Source of the DNA: Octopus vulgaris
Taxonomy: Eukaryota
DNA: 64,000 nucleotides
Assembly: GCA_951406725.2 (NCBI GenBank)
Contig: OX597818.1
Location: 3,162,001-3,226,000 of the forward strand
Reading direction: 5' to 3'
A program made the translations under genes and the position numbers. The stretch's first letter is position 1, and each line of letters opens with the position of its first letter. A model generated the notes under the pieces. It ran no database searches, was not told the origin of the DNA, and saw only the letters and a program-made list of their open reading frames with translations. This document shows, piece after piece, positions 11,900 through 23,926 of the stretch.

Positions 11900-14806
11900 A
11901 GTTATCTTACTTTTCATTCTATTTAGAAATCTGTCACTACCCCTACCAGTTATCTCTTCTCCCAATTCCCCCTCCTCAATGGTGCTATCTTACGTCTCGT
12001 TCTGTCTAGAAATTTTTCACCCCTCCTCACTGGTGCTGTTCCCTATATTACCTACACTCTCTCTTTCTCTACCTCTCTCCCTCTCTACTGGGACAAATGC
12101 AACCAGGTTCAGCTATCTTTCATTCCATTTTCGTTGTCTAGAAATATGCCAACAACTACCCATTTCCTTGGCCTTGGGAAGTAAAGGTAAAAGCTATTTG
12201 GCTGTCCATGCGTGCTTGTTCCAAAGTGTGGGTGTGCTTGTAGGAATGTGGGAAAGAGCTTGTTTCCTCTCTCTCTCTCTGTCTGAATCCTTCCCCGCTG
12301 GTGGTACCCTCCATTATACCTGCAATCCCCCTCTACTTGGACAAACACAACCAGTTTTCAGCTGACCCCCTCCTAACCTAACATTGGAATATCCATATTT
12401 CTGCTACACCACTTAAATCTACATCATTCGATGACCATAATGCTTATGCTTACAATGCTGCTAACACCGGCTCCTATCTCCAGTAGGGGCAACAATCTTA
12501 AGATGCTTGAATGTTGTCAGGTCGGAGGAAAGATCAAATGAAGCATACCTAAAAAGCGAACACCACAACAACCCTCTTCTTTTCAGGCACTGAATAACAT
12601 CCCTTCTCCCCAAACCTTATCCCTCATTACCTTCCCAGTTTTCAGATTTGGCACTGTCAATGTTAGCACACTGAAAGGTAGGTCTAGTGAGATTGTAGAG
12701 ATGTTTGAAAGGAGACGGGTTGATGTATGCTGCATACAAGAGGTAAGATGGAGAGGAGCTTCAGCTAGGGTCCTCGCAGGCAAGGCACATAGGTATAAAG
12801 TCTTCTGGCAAGGTAACATGGATGGTGTAGGGGGTGTAGGCATACTCCTTGTGGAGAAATATGTGGATAAGGTCATAGAGGTTGTCAGGGTATGCGATAG
12901 AGTGCTTAAGCTCAGGCTAGTCCTACAGAACAGCACAGCTACAATTATTTCTGCCTATGCCCCACATGCGGGACTACCAAATTATCAGGACCACTTTTAT
13001 GATACCCTTCTACAGGCTACCTCAAAGACAATTGGCAATGACCTCATCTTTGCAGCTGGAGATTTTAATTGGCATGTCGGACAGCAATCTGGTATCTTCC
13101 ATGGTGTTCACGGTGGTCATGGTATTGGTTCCCAAAACGAAGAGGGAACTAGGCTACTGGAGTTCTGTAATGCATGTAACCTTTTTATCTGCAACACTAA
13201 CTTCAGGAAGCCAGACAGCCACCTTATAACCCATCAATTAGGGGACTCTGCTAGCCAGATTGATTTCATCCTCACCAGACAGCGGGATGCAGAGTTGCTC
13301 TTAAATACAGAGACCCTCCCGAGTGAAGAATGTACCCCACAGCATAGGCTAGTTATTAGTGACTTTAGGCTCGAGGCGAGAAGGATACCAAGAAGCAGAC
13401 CAATCCAGAAAAGAAGGTCAGAAATTTTGGGACATCCTCATCAAGAAATTTGATGAGAGGGAGGAGGGTCTACAAACATTAGACATAGAAGGTAGCTGCA
13501 AATTCCTACGGGGCAGCATACTAAGTGCCACAGATCAAGTCTGCGGGTGGTGCAAAGTCCCTTCCAGACCTAGAGTTATGTGGTGGTGGAATAGTATGAT
13601 AGACAAAGCCATTAGAGCAAAGAAACAGGCCTGGAAAGCCTGGAAGGATGGGGGTAGCAGGGAACTGCACCAGGTAGCCAAAAGAGAGGCTGGGCGGCAG
13701 GTATACATAGCCAAGGGCCAAGCGGAATAGAAGAAGTTTGCCAATGTTCAAAGAACTGAGGTATTTCGGATTACTAGACAGTGTGTGAGAGAAAATTGTG
13801 ATGTCACAGGAGAGAAATGTGTCTGCATGGATGATGGTGCACTTGCTTTCAATGTTTCTGCAAAGAAAGAGGCTTGGAGAAGCCAGTATGGAAGACTGCT
13901 GAATGTGGAGAATGAATGGGAGGAGGAGAGCCTGAAAAATGTTGACCCAATAGAGCGACCAGCTATCCCAATAGACAGCTCCCTAGTAGATAAAGCAATT
14001 AAGGGTATGAAGCCAGGAAAATCCCCCGGCCCACCAGAAATCACTGCTGAGATGCTTAAAATATCTGGTTGTGTTGGCTATGGCCTACTCACACACATTG
14101 TAAACCAGGTGTAAACCATAATGGTGTCATACCCAATGACTGGTGTAGCAGCACCAAGGGTAAAGGTGATGCTCTAGATAGAAATAACTACCAGGGTATC
14201 AAACTGCTGGATCAGGTGATGAAGGTCATGGAGAGGGTCACAGCTCATCTCATTAGGGAGAGAGTCCACTTAGATGAAATGCAGTTCGGTTTTGTTCTGG
14301 ATAGAAGCACCACTGATGCCATATTCTTGGTTTGACAACTGCAGGAGAAATACCTAGCTAAAGATAAACCCCTCTACTTAGCTTTCATAGACTTGGAGAA
14401 AGCTTTTGACAGGGTCCCCTGATCCCTTATCTGGTGGGCGATGCAGAAACTGAAGATTGACAAATGGTTAATAAGGGCTGTACAGGCCGCATACAGAGAG
14501 GCCGTTAGGACTGGCAATGAGTATAGTGAAGAATTCCAGGTAGAAGTAGGAATCCACAAAGGTTCAGCCCTCAGTCCCCTTTTATTCATCATAGTCCTCC
14601 AGGCAATAACAGAGGAATTCAAGACGGGTTGCCCCTGGGAGCTCCTCTATGCTAATGACTTGTCTCTCATAGCAGAATCACTACCAGAACTAGAAAAGAA
14701 ATTTTGGGTGTAGAAGCTAGGTTTAAAATCAAAAGGCCTTAGAGTCAATGTAGCAAAGACCAAAGTTATAGTAAGTAGGAAGGTGAACTCATCACACACA
14801 CCCTCA
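11900..14806 (+). mobile_element. RTE-clade LINE (5' UTR, APE, RT), cut by assembly gap
   Basis: CCIQEVRW, SAYAP, GDFN, WWWN, YQGIKLL, QFGF, GIHKGSALSPLLF, LLYANDL; multiple stops and frameshifts. Confidence 0.92.
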
Positions 14807-14906
14807 NNNNNNNNNNNNNNNNNNNNNNNNNNNNNNNNNNNNNNNNNNNNNNNNNNNNNNNNNNNNNNNNNNNNNNNNNNNNNNNNNNNNNNNNNNNNNN
14901 NNNNNN
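14807..14906. other. Scaffold gap (100 N)
   Basis: Run of N; true length unknown. Confidence 1.
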
Positions 14907-15294
14907 TAATAAATATTAGGAATAAATCCAAATTTACAGGGAAAAAAAATCAGATTTAGGATTAAATCCAATTTTATAGTAAAATATTATAAAATATTAT
15001 TAGAGATTAAAACCACTTATTTTGAAAAAGTGGACAAGGAGACTTAATACATAAATTTTAATAAGATATCAAAATCGCTACATTCACACAACGCTTGTCT
15101 TGATCGACAATCTTCAGGTGGACTTCAATAAGTCAGTTTCAAACTGACTTATTGAAGTCCACCTGAAGATTGTCGATCAAGACAAGAAACGATTGTAGTG
15201 GCGGTTTTTTTGACTATTTATTAAAATTTTATGTATTGATTAAGTCTTTCCTTGTTTGTTTTGCAAAATAGTGGTTTTGTCTCTAATAATATTT

Positions 15295-15300
<6 letters not shown>
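14907..15300. repeat. Inverted PLE-like repeat pair with a perfect central palindrome
   Basis: Perfect 46-bp arms 15094-15139 and 15141-15186 around a single C. Diverged outer arms, e.g. AAAATATTATTAGAGA / TCTCTAATAATATTTT. Confidence 0.9.
15159..15201 (+). ncRNA. Type I hammerhead ribozyme (minimal, PLE-type)
   Basis: CCAC CUGAAGA UUGUC-GAUCAA-GACAA GAAAC-GAUU-GUA GUGG. Full core, stems I (4 bp), II (5 bp) and III (2 bp), GUA cleavage triplet. Confidence 0.8.
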
Positions 15301-15329
<29 letters not shown>

Positions 15330-15339
15330 ATACACACAC

Positions 15340-15370
<31 letters not shown>

Positions 15371-15375
15371 CATAC

Positions 15376-15408
<33 letters not shown>

Positions 15409-15433
15409 CATACATACATATATATATATATAT

Positions 15434-15482
<49 letters not shown>

Positions 15483-15533
15483 TATATATATATACACATA
15501 CATATATATATATATATATACATACATATATAT

Positions 15534-15566
<33 letters not shown>

Positions 15567-15567
15567 T

Positions 15568-15600
<33 letters not shown>

Positions 15601-15715
15601 CATATATATATACATACATACATACATATATATATATATATACATACATACATATATATATATATATACATACATACATATATATATATATATACATACA
15701 TATATATATATATAT

Positions 15716-15746
<31 letters not shown>

Positions 15747-15929
15747 CATACATACATATATATATATATATACATACATACATACATATATATATATATA
15801 TACATACATACACATATATATACATACATACATATATATATATATACATACATACATACATATATATATATATACATACATACATACATATATATATATA
15901 TATACATACATACATATATATATATATAC

Positions 15930-15992
<63 letters not shown>
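15295..15992. repeat. Compound (TA)n/(CA)n/(TACA)n microsatellite
   Basis: Directly visible, ~700 bp; the source of several spurious ORFs. Confidence 0.98.
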
Positions 15993-15995
<3 letters not shown>

Positions 15996-16180
15996 AAAAT
16001 TAATTAAGGGTAGAAATTGATATTTATCAATTAAGACCAGTGGTCTAGCATATTAAAAGAATCCGAAGATTAAAATATTTATATATACCAATTAAGGACT
16101 GAACACGAAAAGTGGACAGTCAACATCCTAGATATAGACGTCAAATCGCATTCACCACAAAAGATTATGTTCTTAGATCA

Positions 16181-16232
<52 letters not shown>

Positions 16233-16410
16233 ATCTAAGAACATAATCTTTTGTGGTGAATGGCGATTTGACGTCTATATCTAGCATGTTGACTGTCCAC
16301 TTTTCGTGTTCAGTCCTTAATTGGTATATATAAATATTTTAATCTTCGGATTCTTTTTTTAATATGCTAGACCACTGGTCTTAATTGATAAATATCAATT
16401 TCTACCCTTA

Positions 16411-16420
<10 letters not shown>
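15992..16420. repeat. Near-perfect ~190-bp inverted repeat around a (TA)n spacer
   Basis: AATTAATTAAGGGTAGAAATTGAT...TTCTTAGATCAA (TA)n TTGATCTAAGAA...ATCAATTTCTACCCTTAATTAATT, with only a few differences. Confidence 0.95.
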
Positions 16421-16499
<79 letters not shown>

Positions 16500-16649
16500 A
16501 TCTTTGTATATATACACATGTATGTATGTATATATATATATATGTATGTATATATATATATGTGTGTGTGTGTATATATGTGTATGTATATATATATATG
16601 TGCGTGTATATGTATATATGCATATATATTTATATATTATTTATATTAT

Positions 16650-17340
16650 TATATGATTGATTGTGCCACGCATCCATTTCCAAGTAAGTTTTATCTTAAT
16701 AATTTTGATAACACTTTCTATCTCTTTCGTTTTCTCTTTCCCTCTCCTCTTTCATTTCCTCTCTCTTCCTTTCTCTAATTTGCTTTATCTCTCCTTCTCC
16801 CCCTTTCATATTTTTCTCTCTCATCCCTTCTCTAATTCTTTTCCTCCCCACTTCACTGTTCTCTGTCTGTCCTTCTCTCTTCTACCATTGCTCTTTTGAT
16901 TGCTCGCACGTGACCATCAGCCATCTTTCTTTTCCTAACTTGAATTTCTTTCTTTGTGATCAGCCACAGGGATAAGATGCATTCTTGTCTGTTACCTGTC
17001 AGAGCTTGTTCCTCCGCGTTCACCAACTCACCTCATTCAGCCTTAACTGCCCCTCTTTGTTTTCACCGTCCTGTTTTTGTTACCAACTTTGACCCTCCGC
17101 AAAATCCCAAATTTTATTTAATTTGCCTTGCGGGAACAGCTGTTTTGTCGAAAACATATCTTGTCATGAATTTCTCAAAATAGTAGAAAGACAGCCAACA
17201 ACTGATGAAGGGTCATTTTTTTATGTTGCTTGTCTTGTTTTCTATTTGTTTCTTTTGTTGTTCACAAAAAAGTTCGCATTCCATGTTTTCCTATTTTGTA
17301 TTTTATGTTTACATTCTGGTATCCTGTGCCCATATATGTA
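16650..17340. mobile_element. Probable PLE-derived non-coding fragment between microsatellites
   Basis: Pyrimidine-rich block with isolated CTGATGAAGGG (~17202), bounded by TA/GT microsatellites like the other PLE-like pieces; no ORF evidence. Confidence 0.3.
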
Positions 17341-17558
17341 AGTGTATATACATATGTATGTAAGTATGTACATATATGTATGTATATATGCATATATATT
17401 TATATATTATTTATATTACATATATATATATATACATACGTGTGTGTGTGTGTATATATATGTATATATATATGCGTGTGTGAATATATCTATGTATGTA
17501 TATATGTGTGTGTGTATATACATATATATATATATGCGTATGTGTGTGTGTGTGTATA

Positions 17559-17623
17559 TCATCATCATCATCATCATCATCATCGTTTAGCGTCCGTTTT
17601 CCATGCTAGCATGGGTTGGACGG
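17559..17623 (-). mobile_element. Isolated RTE 3' tail
   Basis: (CAT)n followed by CGTCCGTTTTCCATGCTAGCATGGGTTGGACGG, the same terminus as the longer RTE copies. Confidence 0.85.
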
Positions 17624-17650
17624 TATATATATATATATATATATATATAT

Positions 17651-20600
17651 CATCAACATCATTTAATGTCTGTTTTCCATGCTGGCATGGGTTGGACGGT
17701 TTGACTGGTGACTGGCAAGCCAGGAGGCTGCACCAGACTCCAATCTGATCTGGCAATATTTCTACAGCAGGATGCCCTTCCTAACACCTACCGCTCTGAG
17801 AGTGTAGTGTGTGCTTTTTACGTGCCACCAGCACGGGACCCAGTCAGTCAACGACCCACGCATGAATGGTGTTTATTGTGTGCCACTAGCACAGGAGCCA
17901 GTCAGGTGGCACTGGCAGCAACTACAACTAAAATTTCCATTTTTGATTTCAATTTGATTGAGATTCTGATTTTGATTTTACTTGACTCAATAGGTCTCCT
18001 CAAGCAGAGTGTCGTCCGATGATTCAAATACGTGTGCTGGTTATGCGACACTTGTATAGGCTATGGCTGTGATCACACTTTACTTGCTGGGTCTCCTCAA
18101 CACAGCATATCTCCAGAGGTCTTGGTCTCTTGTCATTGCATCTGTGAGGCCCAACGTTGGAAGGTGTGCTTCACCACCTCACCCCATGTCTTCCTGGGTC
18201 TCCCTCTTCTACAGGTTCCTTTAACTGTTAGGGAGTGACACTTCTTCACACAACTCACCTCATCCATATGCAGCACATGACCATACCAGCACTGTCATCT
18301 CTCTTGCACACCACATCTGATGCTTCTTAAGTCCAACATTTCTTTCAGAGTACTTACACTGTGTTGTGTGTGTACACTGACATTACACTTCCAGCGAATC
18401 ATACTAGCTTCATTTCATTCAAGCCTATGTATGTCCTCAACAGTCAAGGTTTATGTTTCACTGCCATACACACACATGCAGTCTACCTTTCACTCTGAGT
18501 GAGAGGTCCTTTGTGACCAGTAGAGGTAAGAGCTTTCTGAACTTTGCCCAGGCTATTCTTATTCTAGTGGCAACGCTCTCCGAGCATCCACCCCCACAGC
18601 AGAATTGGTCACCTAGGTAGCGGAAGCTTTCAATTACATGTAGTTTCTCCCCCAAACATGTGATGGAACCTGTTTTCTGCGCCTCTTCGGTGTTTATTGC
18701 CCCTGTGCATCTGTCACACACAAAAGCTATCATCCCCGTTAACCTTCCTTTGATGTTGCTGCACCTCTTATGCATCCATAGATTACACTGGGTACATCTT
18801 ATGGAGTTTCTACCTACACCTTTTCTACAGATCGAGCAGGACCATCTACCTGAAGGGGTTTGTGATCTGTTCGCCCTCCTACTTACTAGGACTTTGGTTT
18901 TTTGCAACATTGACTCTAAGGCCCTCCAATTTCCAACCTTGCTTCCACACCTGAAATTTCTTCACTTCACTAGTTCTGGTAGTGATTCAGCTATGACAGC
19001 AAGGTCATCAGCATAGAGGAGCTCCCAGGGGCAGCCTGTCTTGAATTCCTCTGTTATTGCCTGGAGGACTATGATGAATAAGAGAAGTCTGAGGACCGAT
19101 CCTTGGTGAACCCCTACTTCAACCCAGAATTCTTCACTATACTCCTTGCAACCCTTACCTTACTGGGAGCATACTTGTACAGCCCTTATTAACCACTCAT
19201 CTATCCCTAGTTTCCACATTGCCCACCAAATTAGGGATCAGGGGACCCTGTCAAATGCTTTCTCCAAGTCAACAAATGCCAAGTATCTTTGGCTAGGTAT
19301 TTCTTCTGCAGTTACCAGAAATATAGCATCACTGGTGCTTCTACCTGGCATAAAACCAAACTGCATCTAATCTAAGCAGGCTCTCTCCCTAATTAATTGG
19401 ACTATGACCCTCTCCATAACCTTCATCACCTGATCCAGCAGTTTGATACCCCTGTACTTATTTCTATCTAAAACATCACCATTACCTTTGTAGCAGTTGA
19501 TTAAGGTGCTGCTATGCCAGTCATTGGGTATGACTCCGTAAACTACCTGATTTACAATATATGTGACTAGACCATAACCCATATGACCAGATATTTTAAG
19601 CAACTCAGCAGTGATTCCTGATGGACCAGGGACTTTTCCTGACTTCATATCTTTAATTGCTTTATCTACCAGGGTACTATCGATTCAGGTAGCTGGCCCC
19701 TCGACTGGGTCAACATTTGGCAAGCTCTCCTCCTCCCATTCATTTCCCACATCCAGCAGCCTTTCATAATGACATCTCCAAGCCTCTTTCTTTGCAGAAT
19801 CATCAATAGCAAGTGCACCACCATCCATGCGGACACATTTCTCTCCTGTAACATCACAATTTTCTCTCACACACTGTCTTGCAATCTGAAATACTTCAGT
19901 TCTTTGATCCTCACATCACTAAACATTGGCAAACTTCTTTTCTGCTTCACCCTTGGCTATATATACCTGTCTCCCAGCCCCACTTCTGGGTATCTGGTAC
20001 AGTTCTCTGCTACCCCCCACTCTTCCAGGTTTTCCAGGCCTGTTTCTTTGCTCTAATAGCCTTGTCTACCATATTATTCCACCACCATGTTACCTTAGGT
20101 CTGGAAGGGACTTTGCACCAGTTGCAGATTTGGTCAGTGGTGCTCAGTAAGCTGTCATGTAGGAATTTCTAGTTACCCTCTATATCCAAAGTCTGTAGCT
20201 CCTCCTCTCTCACATCAAATTTCTCAATGAGAATGTTCCTAAATCTTTGATCATGTGATGTTCTTTAGCTTCAAAATCTTTCTTTTCTAGATTGGTTGGC
20301 TTTTTGGCATCCTTCTGGCCTCAAGCCTAAAGTCAATAATGACTAGTCTATGCTGGGGGATACATTCTTCACCAGGGTGGGTCTTTGTATTTCAGAGTAA
20401 CTAATCATCCCACAGTCTAGTGAGGCTGAAATGAATATGGTTAGCAGAGTCGCCTGATTGATAGGTTATCAGGTGGCTGTCTGGCTTCCTGAATTTGGTG
20501 TTGCAGATCAATAGGTTGCTTGCATCACAGAACTCCAGGAGCCTAGTTCCATCTTTGTTTCAGGAACCAATTCCATGACCCCCATAAACACCATAGAAGA

Positions 20601-22020
20601 TACCAGGTTGCTGTCAGACACACCCATTAAAATCTCCAGCAGCAAAGAAGAGGTCATTGCCACTTATCTTTGAGGTAGCCTGTAGAAGGCTGTCATAAAA
20701 TTGGTCCTTCTGATCATTTGGTAAGCCCACTTATGGGGCATAGGCAGAGATAATTGTAGCTATACTATTCTACAAGACTAGCCTGAGCTTAAGCACTCTA
20801 TCACATACCCTGACTACTTTTATGACCTTATCTACCCATTTCTATGCAAGGAGTATGCTTACATCTCCTACTCCATCACTGTTACCTTCCCAGAAGATTT
20901 TATACCTATGTGCCTTGCCTGTGAGGACCCTGACTGAAGCTCTTCTCTATCTTACCTCTTGTATGCAGCATACATCAACATGACTCTACTCAAGTATCTC
21001 TACAATCTCACTAGACTTACCTTTCAATGTGCTTACATTGACAGTGCCAACTTTAAAAACTGGGAAAGGAATGTAGGAGGAGGCATGGGAAGGGGAGATG
21101 TTATTCAGTGCCTGAAAAAAAGGTCTCCATGTTTGTTTGATAGTCATGCTACACCTGTTCTCACTTTTGACCTGTCATCGTTCAAACATTCAAGCATGTT
21201 AAAATTGTTGCCCCTACCAGGAGTAGGTGTAAGTATTAGCGATGTTGTAAGTATAAGCGTTATAAATATCATAAATTTAAGCTTTACTGGTGATGCAGAT
21301 ATAAGTATACATAAATAAAAATTGATAAAAGTAAATATGAATATCAATATGCCAATGTTAGATTTTGTAGGTGGGCCGCTAGACTAGTTGCGTTTGTACT
21401 GGGAGAGAGAGAGAAGGGAGGCAAAATTGCAGGTATGATAGAGGATACTACCAGTGAGGGAGGAAGTTTCCAATGAGAGAATAGAGATATCCAGGATTAG
21501 GAGGGGGTGCACCATAAACAAGCAAGGGTTAATGTAAGAGACAATACGAAAAAATATGTAGCCAACTTGGGAACACAGGAGGGAAGGAGAACTAAGGGTA
21601 TCGGAGAGATTTCATTTGGAAATTACATAAAGAATTAAGGAGAAAACTAAGGCTGAGAGAGGGAGGTTAGGAAGTTATATATTGAAGAGTCAATTTAAAT
21701 AATTAGCTTACGAAAGTAGATATTAATAAATAATGCATATTAATATTGAATGAATGAGTGATAAGATTGAAAAAACAAGAGAATATCTTAGCTTTCCAGG
21801 GCATAACTAGGTGCCAATCGATACCAACACTTGAATGAGTTGCATGAAAATCTGAGAAGGGAAACATATGAGAAAGGTATTTTTATATATATATGCTACG
21901 ACAGGAAGTGGACATTATGAATGAGCATTTTCGCCCTGGGTAGTAGAGAATAGCAAAGAGAGTAGCAGAGAATAGCACAAGAGCCCATAGTAATAGGAAG
22001 GATTAAGAGATAGTACAAAA
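17651..22020 (-). mobile_element. RTE-clade LINE, near full length, decayed
   Basis: 3' tail at 17651, 3' UTR, C-terminus, PHD-like CSIC..CTQC..HKRC..CDRC, RT, APE, and a long 5' region homologous to 10290-11410. Confidence 0.93.
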
Positions 22021-22286
22021 AATATATAGTCAATATATATTATATAATATATGTGTGTGTGTATGTGTGTATATATATGTGTGTGTATATATGTATATGT
22101 GTGTATATATGCATAGGTATATCTGTGTATATATATATACACACACACATATACATATGGTGCTGTGTTTACAATGTTATTTCCAAAGAGTAACAGTTAT
22201 AGTTTCACTTTTATTCTTTTATATTGTTTGACTTTTGATAGTTTCACTATGCGTATATACATGTATGTATGTATATATGTATATTA

Positions 22287-23891
22287 TCTATATATATATA
22301 AAACTGAGAATGTGTGTCTGTCTGTCTGTCTGTCTGTTTCCCTAAAACTTGAGAACTACACAACCAATTTCATACAAATTTTACACATGCCTTACTTAGG
22401 GTCCGGGGAGTGTCATCGGCAAAAACAATTTTTTAACTTTTTCCCTAGGGCGACCCCACAGCAATATCATATCTTCTTCACTATTTCAGTATTATGTGTT
22501 AAAAGTGAAACAAAAACGTTTCTCTATTTTATGTCAGATACTTTCACTTTAACAATAAAAATTAGAGATAATAATAACAATTGAATTATATGTAGTAAGT
22601 AATAATTAAAATCAAACTAAAGTATAATATAATCGTAACATAACAAGTAAAAATAGCAATTGGTATAAAATAGCATCAATGACTTGAACTTGAATAAGTG
22701 GTTTCAGATGAAAGGGAATAAATTAAAAATAAAATTAATGCGCAGAAATGGAATAGTCCAGATGGAGCTGTGCACATACCCTTTACCACGGCTTTTACAT
22801 TAGATTATCTGCTAATTAGCTAGCATTAAGTATCTATATGAAGTTTGGCTGTATGTACTGTCTGTTTTCTCGAACAGCCGCTTCTATTGAGTACTGCTGT
22901 TGGTTTACTTCTTATACATAAAGGACTATAGCTTCAACTGTGTACTGCCTTTTGATTCACCGTAAGGTTTGTTGTTATTATTATTACTATTTAATTATTG
23001 TTATCACGTTTGTTGGTTCCTCGTAAGGGAAACGTTGTTGTGTTGCATTTGTTAAATAATTGTAAACTGTAACCCTCCCCCTTTGGGAGAAGGAGCTTTG
23101 GTTATTGTTGAAAAATTGAATTGTGTCCCTGTTTGGGGAAATTGACAATATTTTCACCATTTACACGGAAGCATTTTTGTTAGAATGCCTTCGATAGAAG
23201 AAAGTCCAAAAATGAATTTCGCTGCAGCCGTCAGCTGGCGCGAACTCATTAAAATTAAAATGGAAGAAATACAAACCTATTTCGGATAGATCACCAACAA
23301 AGACGGTGAATCTAGGATAACACCACCAAATGAAATAAAAAATTAAATTAAAGAAAAGACTATTGTCTATAAAGTATACAATGTAGAGAAAAAAAAAGAT
23401 TTGAACACCTGGAGGAAAGCACCATCGAAAAGTGTCTTGGTGCGACTATGAAAGATATCTAACCAGAGGCGGTAAATTCACCACAATAGAAGCAAGGTTT
23501 GAGTCAACAGAACATGCAAGGGAGTACTTGACTCGAACCTTGCAAAGTGGAAATATTTTATTTTTACCTTTATATCTGGGACATAGGACGTCCCGGATAA
23601 AAATTAAAAATGTCCCCCCAGAAGTAGAGGTAGGCTGGATTGTAGACACACTTCTATACAAGTGGGAGGACAAGATACAACTGATCGAAATTGCAAGAGA
23701 CGGGCCTACAATTTCAGTCTGTTATATATTTTGAGTATTGTTATGACTAGCGATATCAAGACATGACTTTGTATTTTGTATTTTATGTGTAGATGTATAT
23801 ATATAGATGTACATGTAATATGTACACATATATATACACATATATACATGCACTAGCACTATGACCCGGCAACAACGGGTCATAATGCTAG
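22287..23891 (+). mobile_element. Non-autonomous Helitron carrying an L1-Tx1 ORF1-like fragment
   Basis: A|TCTATATATA start with (TCTG)n; ends in hairpin CTAGCACTATGACCCG-GCAACAA-CGGGTCATAATGCTAG|T; second copy at 47505-48375. Confidence 0.85.
23185..23720 (+). pseudogene. L1-Tx1 ORF1-like N-terminal fragment
   Basis: MPSIEESPKMNFAAAV...IEARFES...FLPLYLGHRTSRIKIKNVPPEV resembles the Tx1 ORF1 RRM region; contains a stop and frameshift. Confidence 0.55.
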
Positions 23892-23926
23892 TATATATAT
23901 ATATATGTATATGTATATATATATAT

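Noticed and set aside
14647-14931. ORF spanning the N run
   Set aside because: Artefact of the scaffold gap; adjacency across the gap is unverified.
15221-16007. 200-250 aa ORFs on both strands (also 7846-9020, 16408-16778, 17230-17748)
   Set aside because: Translations of TA/CA/TACA microsatellites (YI, HT, CV repeats); stop-free by composition.
17195-17260. CTGATGAAGGG as a hammerhead core
   Set aside because: No downstream GAAA, stem III or stem I partner could be found.
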